The notes under the pieces: model-generated
Databases searched by the model: none
The model's input: the letters and a program-made list of their open reading frames with translations, nothing else
What the model was told of the DNA's origin: nothing
Assembly (NCBI GenBank): GCA_017795085.1
Contig: CP051246.1
Location: forward strand, 806,514 to 870,513
Length of the DNA: 64,000 nucleotides
DNA from: Salegentibacter sp.
GTDB lineage: Bacteria; Bacteroidota; Bacteroidia; Flavobacteriales; Flavobacteriaceae
Reading direction: 5' to 3'
Program-made: the position numbers and the translations under genes
Part shown: piece by piece, positions 17,894-25,912 of the stretch
Layout: each line of letters begins with the position of its first letter
Numbering within the stretch: the stretch's first letter is position 1

Positions 17894-18675
17894 TAAGCCG
17901 ATTGTTGTTGTTCGTGTTTTAGCTGCAAAAGTTTATATGCTGCCATAAATTCTTTGTGGACCTTCTTTTGGGAAAGGTTGAGCTCATTTGCAATGGCAGC
18001 AAAAGAATACTGCTTTTCTGTACGTAGCTGTAAGACCTTTTTCTGGTCCTCGGTCATTTTGCCCTGTAGCTTTACCGCCAGCATCGGTTTTGGTTTGGTT
18101 TCCAAATTGCTCCCCTGGTGAATGATGTTTTTAATATCCTCGATCGCCCGTTTTACCTCGTTGCTGGTGTAGGTAATACTGGTTCCCATAAGCTGAGCAA
18201 TGGCTTTATACTGAAAACCGTATTTTAAACAGAGTTCAATTAGGTGTCGTCTTTCAGGGCTAAGTAAAGGGAAAACACGGCTTACCCGGTCGAAGGCTTT
18301 CTGCTGGGTCTCGCTATCCAACAGATGTTCATCCTCCTTCTCGGGGTCATAGCCGTGCATGTATTTTTCATAGTCCTCATAATATTCCAGGCGGTTGATG
18401 TTTCGGTAAAAATTATTCTTAGGTCGGGCATAGTAATAGGTACAATCCCTTTTCATTACATAGCGAAGAAAAAAGAAAATATGTTCCGGGCGTTCTATCC
18501 CATCTCTATTTTCCCATAGTTTCAGGAAAGTATCCTGAAGGATGGTCTCAATGACGAATTCATCCCGAATTAATTGCTTTCCTAACCAAAAGAGCCTTCG
18601 GTGGTACCTGGCATAAATTAATTCCAGGGCATCGGGATGGCCTTCTTGTAATAATTTAAAAATACGCTGTAACAT
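17893..18675 (-). CDS. ECF-type sigma factor (sigmaE-like) with an extra C-terminal HTH, translationally coupled to dCas12f
   Basis: Sigma region 2 (IYARYHRRLF...ILQDTFLKLW), region 4 (LSPERRHLIEL...YKAIAQLMG) and a second region-4-like HTH (MTEDQKKVLQL...FAAIANELNLS). Its stop abuts the dCas12f start. Confidence 0.88.
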   Translation of the reverse strand: MLQRIFKLLQEGHPDALELIYARYHRRLFWLGKQLIRDEFVIETILQDTFLKLWENRDGIERPEHIFFFLRYVMKRDCTYYYARPKNNFYRNINRLEYYEDYEKYMHGYDPEKEDEHLLDSETQQKAFDRVSRVFPLLSPERRHLIELCLKYGFQYKAIAQLMGTSITYTSNEVKRAIEDIKNIIHQGSNLETKPKPMLAVKLQGKMTEDQKKVLQLRTEKQYSFAAIANELNLSQKKVHKEFMAAYKLLQLKHEQQQSA

Positions 18676-18780
18676 AATAAGTTAAATTTAAACTTTCATA
18701 CTATGTAGGTTTTTCAGATCATTAGGAAGAACTTTTACAATATGATTAATAAAAATGCTTACAAGTCTTCTAATAACACT

Positions 18781-18865
18781 CAAATATAATGAAATTTTAT
18801 AACTAATGGTACAGGTACCTTTGTTAAAGATTTAATTATGTTCCTAATTGTAGCCTCGGAACATA
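18781..18865. promoter_or_regulatory. Divergent promoters and candidate operator
   Basis: TATATTTG on the minus strand (18781-18788), TACCTTTG on the plus strand (18815-18822) and the inverted repeat TATGTTCC-N13-GGAACATA (18837-18865). Confidence 0.55.
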
Positions 18866-18869
18866 GCTC

Positions 18870-19097
18870 GTGGCAAGTAAAATTGAAATCTATATTATTA
18901 AAAAGGTAAGAGATAAGAGAAGGGAGAAAGGCTTATCTCAAATAGCTCTTTCCCAAAAATTAAATTTAAGTGATAGTTTTGTTTCCCATGTGGAATCAAA
19001 AAATAGAAGAGCAAAATACAACCTTAACCACTTAAACGAAATTGCTTTAATTCTGGAATGTTCTCCCAAAGATTTTTGGCCTGAAAAGCCACTTTAA
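18870..19097 (+). CDS. Xre-family HTH regulator, divergent from the sigma-dCas12f operon
   Basis: VRDKRREKGLSQIALSQKLNLSDSFVSHVE...YNLNHLNEIA. GTG start. Confidence 0.88.
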   Translation: MASKIEIYIIKKVRDKRREKGLSQIALSQKLNLSDSFVSHVESKNRRAKYNLNHLNEIALILECSPKDFWPEKPL

Positions 19098-19128
19098 ATA
19101 ACGTAATGGTTGAGTTGATTTCTTTTCA

Positions 19129-19182
19129 TTACGGTTTTCCGCATTTCTCTCTTATTTTATTGTTTTATATTTAGCGAAACTG
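19129..19182 (+). repeat. 54-bp promoter/operator repeat, copy 1 (copy 2 at 22343-22396)
   Basis: TTACGGTTTTCCGCATTT(C/T)TCTCTTATTTTATTGTTTTATATTTAGCGAAACTG, 53/54 identical. Confidence 0.85.
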
Positions 19183-19251
19183 CGTTATCCCAACATATTA
19201 GTTCTTGAATGGCTTTATTTATCGGGATACAAGGAGTTAGGCATAATCATT

Positions 19252-20265
19252 ATGAAAAAAGAAAAAGATTTTAAAATAGAAGATTTTTACAAGTTAATTG
19301 CCCTGGTAATTTTATTATGGATAATTAGTTGGATAACGACAGATATAATCTATTCTTCAACTACGGATAGAGGAGCATTTGGAGATAAATTTGGGTTTAT
19401 CAATTCTCTATTTTCTGGATTAGCATTAGCTGGAATTATTTATTCTATTTTTCTTCAACAAAGAGAGCTCTCACTCCAAAGAAAGGAATTGACGGAAACA
19501 AAAGAAGAGTTCAAAGATCAAAATTTTCAGACTACATTTTTCAATTTAGTAAAAACTCAAAATCAGATTGCTAATGATCTATCAGCTAAGGTTTCATTTA
19601 TAAGAAATTACGATGATCATACATATAGAAATTTAGAGGGGAGAAAATTTTTTAACCAATCCAAATTTGAGCTACAAAGAATTGAAAAAGCATTATCAAA
19701 TTCAGCATTTCTAGAATTTCGCCGATGGGATCCTCAAGATGAATCAGATGAACCTCAGAGTTTTGAGGAAGCTATAAGACTTACCGACACTATGAAGATA
19801 TCCTATACTTTCAACTATTATAAAATAGACAAAGAAACTTGGGAAAAATTTTCGCAATTAGATCCAATTAAAAAAGCTGAAAAATTGTATGCTTTGTTTT
19901 TCAATAAATTTCATTTCGCGATTGGTCATTACTTCAGACATATATACCATATTTTGCTTTTCCTTGAAAAAACTGAGGAAGAAAAAATATTAAAGTTCAA
20001 TTCAATTACAGATTTAGAAACTAAAAATAAGAGAATTGCCTCTACAAAAGCTGAATTTAAACAGTATGCTGACTTTTTACAAGCTCAGATGTCAACACCA
20101 GAGCTTTTTCTACTTTTTTACAATTCATTATCATTTCCAAAACTAAAGAAATTACTAATTAAATATAATATTCTTGAAAATTTACCTGAGGAAGATTTAC
20201 TTAATAAGGAGCACAATGCTATAGAAGGTATTAATTTGAAGAGTATAAAGGAAAACCTTAAATAA
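19252..20265 (+). CDS. Putative phage abortive infection protein (putAbiC-like) with N-terminal TM helices
   Basis: GAFGDKFG..NSLFSGLA, FQTTFFNL, GHYFRHIYHIL and LQAQMSTPELFLLFYN. Confidence 0.75.
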   Translation: MKKEKDFKIEDFYKLIALVILLWIISWITTDIIYSSTTDRGAFGDKFGFINSLFSGLALAGIIYSIFLQQRELSLQRKELTETKEEFKDQNFQTTFFNLVKTQNQIANDLSAKVSFIRNYDDHTYRNLEGRKFFNQSKFELQRIEKALSNSAFLEFRRWDPQDESDEPQSFEEAIRLTDTMKISYTFNYYKIDKETWEKFSQLDPIKKAEKLYALFFNKFHFAIGHYFRHIYHILLFLEKTEEEKILKFNSITDLETKNKRIASTKAEFKQYADFLQAQMSTPELFLLFYNSLSFPKLKKLLIKYNILENLPEEDLLNKEHNAIEGINLKSIKENLK

Positions 20266-20419
20266 TGACTATGCCCAATATTGGTTCATCGCAAATAACG
20301 GATATTTTGGAAAACTATAACTTTAAGAACCAAAAGAGAAAAATTGTTAGCCAATAATTCTAGCGAAGAACCTCCTCAATTCATGTACATCAACCATTGG
20401 AAAAGTCCTAAGAAAATTT

Positions 20420-21604
20420 ATGAATTTTGAAGAAGTTAAAACCTCCCCTGTGGGGATTTGGTTTGTTAATGCACCCAACCAAGATACCAAGAAAGTACTG
20501 ATTAAAACTTCCACCTATCTACTAAAACATATTTATATTGGGGTCAAGACTGAATTAATTGTAGGGATTTATAATAGTTTGAATACTATTTATCCAATGT
20601 TAGCTCTTAAAATTTTTGATGATACTGTTTATCCCAGTTTAATTACCGAAAAAGTTGAAGTTAATCAATTGGGGCCATTGGAAAGTGTAATGTCATCAGA
20701 GAAAATTGAAGTGAATTTTTATGATGAATTAGGTGCTTTATCCTTAATCGGATACCTACGAATTGATATAAATAATAGATTCAAATTCTTAGAATTTTAT
20801 GGAGGTATAAATTATTCTGAAAATGACAGAAATATAATTAAAGCTAGTGATTCTCTTGATTCATTTACCAATGCTATAAATGAGAAAAAAGCTACAGATG
20901 AGATTATAAAGTTCAATTATTTTGAAATTAAATTCTATGATTTGGTACAGATTGAAAATCATCACCTTGGTTGGGGCCAAACAAATAAAATTTCACTAGG
21001 AGATTTTAATGAAGGTGACAAGCTAGAGCATCAAATAGCCATTGTAAGTGAGTCAATTTTCAAACAAAATACTTTTAAAAATCCATTGGTTAAAAATGGT
21101 AAATTTGAAAGAGAGTTAACAGACGTTTTTATGATGTATGACCGTGGTTTATTTCTAATAGAAACTAAAGCTTCGAGTGTCCTTAATAAAAAAGATCAAA
21201 AATTTGAAAGAAAAATTAATGGGGTTATTAAGCAAATCAAAAAGGGTGTTAATCAATTAATTGGAGCAAATAAGAAATTAAGAAAAGGATGTGATTTGTT
21301 CGATACTGATGGCTGTGAAATTAATTATAATTCAGAGGCAATTACTCAGAATATAGTTCTGGTTTCTGAGGTTGTACATTTAGCTGACAGAGAAGATTTA
21401 AAGCAATTTTTACTGAATTCCATGGTAGATAATAATTTATCAATTCAATTAATGGGATTCGATGAATACATGTTAATAATTAAAGCAGCGGAAGGAAAAA
21501 AAGAATTATTTGATTATTATCTAATGGAAAGAATGAAGGGATGGGTAAAAAAGGGGTGTCCTCTAAATTTCAAGATTATGTTCACGAATAATAATCAGCT
21601 GTAA
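20420..21604 (+). CDS. Hypothetical protein with a C-terminal PD-(D/E)xK/NERD-like nuclease signature
   Basis: ELTDVFMMYDRGLFLIETKAS...KGVNQL. The N-terminal half is unassigned. Confidence 0.5.
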   Translation: MNFEEVKTSPVGIWFVNAPNQDTKKVLIKTSTYLLKHIYIGVKTELIVGIYNSLNTIYPMLALKIFDDTVYPSLITEKVEVNQLGPLESVMSSEKIEVNFYDELGALSLIGYLRIDINNRFKFLEFYGGINYSENDRNIIKASDSLDSFTNAINEKKATDEIIKFNYFEIKFYDLVQIENHHLGWGQTNKISLGDFNEGDKLEHQIAIVSESIFKQNTFKNPLVKNGKFERELTDVFMMYDRGLFLIETKASSVLNKKDQKFERKINGVIKQIKKGVNQLIGANKKLRKGCDLFDTDGCEINYNSEAITQNIVLVSEVVHLADREDLKQFLLNSMVDNNLSIQLMGFDEYMLIIKAAEGKKELFDYYLMERMKGWVKKGCPLNFKIMFTNNNQL

Positions 21605-21802
21605 TAAAACAATGGGTAATCTAAAAATAATGTTTATGGCAGAGTGTTAATTGATTTAACCTAAGATCATCCAACATCAATATAGACTTCCCGCAATTTC
21701 CCTTATATTTGTCATATTCCCACCCTACAGGAATATTTAATTGCAGCCAAATCATTATATTCAGGCTGTTTAAATATAATTAAGAGCTCCAACCTACCAT
21801 AC

Positions 21803-22183
21803 ATGGCAAAAGCAGATATCGATTTTGAAAAGGAACTCTGGGACGCAGCCAACGAACTTAGAGGTGCCGTTTCAGAAAACAATTATAAAAACTACATTCT
21901 TCCCCTGGTATTTCTTAAACACCTTAGCGAACGTTACGAGGTGATTCGGGAGGAATTAAAGGATTTAATGAACGATCCTTTTTCAGATTATCATACTACC
22001 GATACCGAAGAAATAAATTATGTGCTGGAAGACCGGGACGAATACCGTTCCCGCAATACTTTTAAAATTCCGGAAAAAGCGTCCTGGCAGTATTTAAAAG
22101 ACAATGCTGAGCAGGATGATATCAAGGTAAAAGTAGATGATACTTTTGATGAAATCCAGGGACTGCTTATCGAATGCCAGTAG
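21803..22183 (+). pseudogene. hsdM: 5' fragment of a type I RM methyltransferase (hsdM), about 120 codons
   Basis: FEKELWDAANELRG...YILPLVFLKHLSERY is an HsdM N-terminus. The catalytic domain is absent. Confidence 0.85.
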
Positions 22184-22342
22184 AAACACTCTTCAAAATA
22201 TGTCCAGAAAGGCGAATAAGTGTTTCAGATTTCATTCTTTAGACAACTTGAAAAAAGTTTCCTGATTTGAAGATTGAAAAGTGAATTTTTAGAAGCTTTT
22301 CCTGCATATTTGAACTTTACAGATCCTTCTTTTTTACTCTCT

Positions 22343-22396
22343 TTACGGTTTTCCGCATTTTTCTCTTATTTTATTGTTTTATATTTAGCGAAACTG
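22343..22396 (+). repeat. 54-bp promoter/operator repeat, copy 2
   Basis: Matches 19129-19182. Confidence 0.85.
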
Positions 22397-22483
22397 GGTT
22401 TGTCCTGGTCGATCTCATCTTAAAAAGGGATATTATTTGAGGTGTAACGAGTTTGCAACAATATTCTGATCGAATTTTAAAGA

Positions 22484-23476
22484 ATGGCTAAAAAAAATCA
22501 ATACAATAACTTACAGTTTAATTCAAAAGATTTTGAAAACATATCTAAATTGCTCTCTTCTTATAATTCAACTATAAATAGACAAATAGCCCAAAGTGAC
22601 ATTTCCAACTTTGCAAAGGAATTGTCGGAAAGTCTTACCAGACAAAATCAAATAAGAAGTTCAATTGGTGAAGAACTTAGAGGATCATTGGAGAATGGGA
22701 GTTTTCTAAAAAACATAAATGCAATAAACGGATTGAGTAGAATTACACCTCCGAATTTTCCAGATGAAAATTTTGCAAAGCAAATTGCTAATTTCACTTT
22801 AGGGAGTCAAATATTGGTCAATAATCTAAATACCCTATCTAAAAATATTGCTAGTGATATTGCTAATTTTAGTCCTTTAAAAATTGGAATTCAAGATATA
22901 AATGAATCTTTATATAAAGAGATAAATCAGTATAATGACTGGTCAAATCTTGAATCGATCACAGACATTAATGAAGAATTTGTAGAAGAAATTGAAGACA
23001 CTGAGGCAGAAGAAATTTCCGATATAATAGAACTTCGCGACACTTTAATTGAAAGACTGCTAGTATTATATGAGAGAGCACGAACTGAAATAGGGAAAGA
23101 GTATATATGGAGGCTAATGAACTTGATAAGTTTAATCCTTAGTATATATTCTGCCGCAAATCCTTCTCAAAAAACTGTTATTCATACAAAAGAAATAGTA
23201 AGAGAATCTAAAAACAGTCTTCCTAGAATTGAATCTAAGCTTGATTCCTTAAATAAGAAATTAGATTCTAAAAATCAGCTTAGAATAGCTATAGCAAATG
23301 TCAACTTAAGATTGAAAAATAAAAAAGGATCTAAAAAGTCTGGATTAGTTCAATCTGGACAAATTGTAATTGTTTTAAAGATCAAACATAAATGGCTTTA
23401 TATATCGTATGTGAATTCAAATACAGGAGAAGTACATTTTGGTTACGTTTTCAAAAAATATTTCGACACAATTTAA
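22484..23476 (+). CDS. Hypothetical protein, coiled-coil rich, with a C-terminal bacterial SH3-like domain
   Basis: NVNLRLKNKKGSKKSGLVQSGQIVIVLKIKHKWLYISY...FGYVFKKY. Confidence 0.6.
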   Translation: MAKKNQYNNLQFNSKDFENISKLLSSYNSTINRQIAQSDISNFAKELSESLTRQNQIRSSIGEELRGSLENGSFLKNINAINGLSRITPPNFPDENFAKQIANFTLGSQILVNNLNTLSKNIASDIANFSPLKIGIQDINESLYKEINQYNDWSNLESITDINEEFVEEIEDTEAEEISDIIELRDTLIERLLVLYERARTEIGKEYIWRLMNLISLILSIYSAANPSQKTVIHTKEIVRESKNSLPRIESKLDSLNKKLDSKNQLRIAIANVNLRLKNKKGSKKSGLVQSGQIVIVLKIKHKWLYISYVNSNTGEVHFGYVFKKYFDTI

Positions 23477-23615
23477 TCCATACAGTTGCCAACAATGGCT
23501 CATCGCAAATAAGACGAGTATTGTGGAAAAAATTTGATTTTAGAAATCAGAAAAGTAAATAGTTAAGCCAATAACTTTACATCACCACACATCATTTAAA
23601 TACAATTTAAAATAA

Positions 23616-24932
23616 ATGAAAACTTATTTTGGAAGAATATCAATAGAAAATAAACCGAAAATAATAGAAAGTGTACGATTAACAATAAATAAAAAAAAAT
23701 ATGAGATTGAGTTTTCCTCCAGTGAAAGAAGTTTTCGCAATATAAAATTGATTCATGGAATATTTAATGGATTAGGTGATGTAACCTTAATAAATTGTAG
23801 AAATACTTCCTCAGAAAGTGGAGCTGGAGCAGAAATTAATAGGTATCAAGTTAATTATATTTTAAAAGGAATTCAGATTGAAAACTTAGAAGATTTTTTC
23901 TTCGATTGTGCTTATATCCGAATGCAAGGTTTACTTGATTGGACAAAGCTCTATTCTGTTGAATACCTTCGAGAAGGTCAAAAAAGAAGTCTAATTGTCA
24001 AAGATTTAGAGAAAATATTATTCCATGAAGGCAACCTTTTTTCAATCAAAATTTATGCTGCTAATACAATATCTTTATCTAGAAATCCAGATAGACGAAC
24101 TATAATAGAAAACGCAGGTTTTGAAATCACCAGTAAACTCCATCAAAAACATAATTTTTGGGATTATTTAGAAGTTTTTCGGGAACTTCAAAAAATAGTA
24201 TTGATCTTAGGGAATAGAAAGACCGATATCAATTTTGCGAATTTTCATAAAGAAGGTATTGATCCCGTGGATCTATTATGGAAAGACAGTATTTCAATAG
24301 GTCAGCCTTCCACAATGGGCCCATTTGTTGAATTTAAGGAAATTCAACCTGATTTAGATAGAATTCTTAAAACCTGGTTCGGTAATAAAGATATTCATAC
24401 TAGTATAGATTTAATTCTAGAGAAATCAATAAATGTTAAACTAAGCAGAGAGAACCATTTTTTAAATAATTGCTTTGCATTAGAAACATTTCATCGCCGA
24501 TTCAAAAATTATAAATTATTTGATAAGGAAGAATTCAAATCAATAAAAAGTAATATTTTACAATCCATTGAAAATCCGGAATTATCAAAACTTATTGAAA
24601 ATAATCTAGCTCACATCAATGAACCTAATTTTAGAAGTAGATTATTAGATTTTAAAACTGACTTTACTTTAATCTTACCCTCCGAGTGGGATACTTCAGA
24701 ATATATTAGGAAAGTTGTGAAAACTCGAAATTATTTAGTTCATAGAAGTTCTGCTAAAAATATTTTGGACAAATTTGATATGCTTTATGCTGCTTTCTTT
24801 CTTGAATTAATCACAAGGATATATATTTATAAAATTTTAGGTCTTAAAGAAGAGTTATGTCACAGATTATTAGAACAAAATGGAGAGAGAATCCAGGGAT
24901 TCTATTTTTCACACAAAAGAATGCGATTCTAA
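23616..24932 (+). CDS. ApeA-like protein (ApeA N-terminal domain + HEPN RNase), probably anti-phage
   Basis: FLNNCFALETFH and the HEPN motif RNYLVH (Rx4H) near the C-terminus. Confidence 0.75.
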   Translation: MKTYFGRISIENKPKIIESVRLTINKKKYEIEFSSSERSFRNIKLIHGIFNGLGDVTLINCRNTSSESGAGAEINRYQVNYILKGIQIENLEDFFFDCAYIRMQGLLDWTKLYSVEYLREGQKRSLIVKDLEKILFHEGNLFSIKIYAANTISLSRNPDRRTIIENAGFEITSKLHQKHNFWDYLEVFRELQKIVLILGNRKTDINFANFHKEGIDPVDLLWKDSISIGQPSTMGPFVEFKEIQPDLDRILKTWFGNKDIHTSIDLILEKSINVKLSRENHFLNNCFALETFHRRFKNYKLFDKEEFKSIKSNILQSIENPELSKLIENNLAHINEPNFRSRLLDFKTDFTLILPSEWDTSEYIRKVVKTRNYLVHRSSAKNILDKFDMLYAAFFLELITRIYIYKILGLKEELCHRLLEQNGERIQGFYFSHKRMRF

Positions 24933-25077
24933 TCTTAAACTACACCAGATAAGGCTAATTCGTTGCAAATAACAGGGTCTCTGAAAAAATTGTAATTTTA
25001 TAAACCAGGTAAGAAAATAATTAAACGGTATCTCTCCGTATTGTATAATATACCATTTTTATTAAATAAAGAACAAA

Positions 25078-25482
25078 ATGGAAATACTTGTTCTTTTAGC
25101 GGTTGTTGTTATTATGGGTGCCTTATTAGGTGGAAAAAGTTTGGGCGGGACTATTAGAAAAGGTTGTGGGTTTTTCATCTTGCTATTAATATTAGGTATA
25201 GTGGCTTTGGGTATACTTCAGTATTTATCCGCAGATTCTAAAAGCACACAGGACGAAGAGAAAGAAGTAATTTTAACTTCTGACAATTCACCCAATTTCG
25301 TCGCAAAAGAAAACTGTAAGACATATCCCGAACCAAATATTGAATCAGTTTCCTCAGGAAACCTCGAAATTGGTAAAGATTATTTTGTAAAGGATAGCAA
25401 TAAATTCAATTATTTCTATGAGATCACCTTTGAAAACGGTGGAAAGTTATTCGTAAGGAAAGAATGCCTGGAACGAAAATAA
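25078..25482 (+). CDS. Small membrane-anchored hypothetical protein with a possible SH3-like C-terminus
   Basis: Two N-terminal hydrophobic helices and C-terminal YYEITFENGGKLFVRKE-like beta pattern (FYEITFENGGKLFVRKE). Confidence 0.55.
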   Translation: MEILVLLAVVVIMGALLGGKSLGGTIRKGCGFFILLLILGIVALGILQYLSADSKSTQDEEKEVILTSDNSPNFVAKENCKTYPEPNIESVSSGNLEIGKDYFVKDSNKFNYFYEITFENGGKLFVRKECLERK

Positions 25483-25675
25483 AGCCAAAAATCTGAATAA
25501 TCGTCCCCAGTTCTATGAAGATCTTGTTTTTTTACAATGGTTTAAGCAAGTTCCATCACATTCCCTCATTTCCCTTATATTTGTAATATTCCCTCCCTAC
25601 AGGAATATTTAATCGCAGCCAAATCATTATATTCAGGCTGTTTAAATAAAAACTAAGAGACCCAACCTACCATAC

Positions 25676-25831
25676 ATGGAAAAAGCAGATATCGATTTTG
25701 AAAAGGAACTCTGGGACGCGGCCAACGAACTTAGAGGTGCCGTTTCAGAAAACAATTATAAAAACTATATTCTTTCCCTGGTATTCCTTAAACACCTTGG
25801 TAGAGTGAGAGTCAAAACTTTCCTTAATTAA
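25676..25831 (+). pseudogene. hsdM: Second, shorter hsdM 5' stub duplicated together with its promoter region
   Basis: 25568-25798 is a close copy of 21696-21925. The ORF MEKADIDFEKELWDAANELRG...FLKHL then diverges and stops. Confidence 0.85.
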
Positions 25832-25912
25832 CCTATTTTTCCTAAATTGTACCACGTAATAATCCCCCTGCAGATTATTAGCTTGCATAAAGCAAATCGA
25901 ACCAACTTATCT

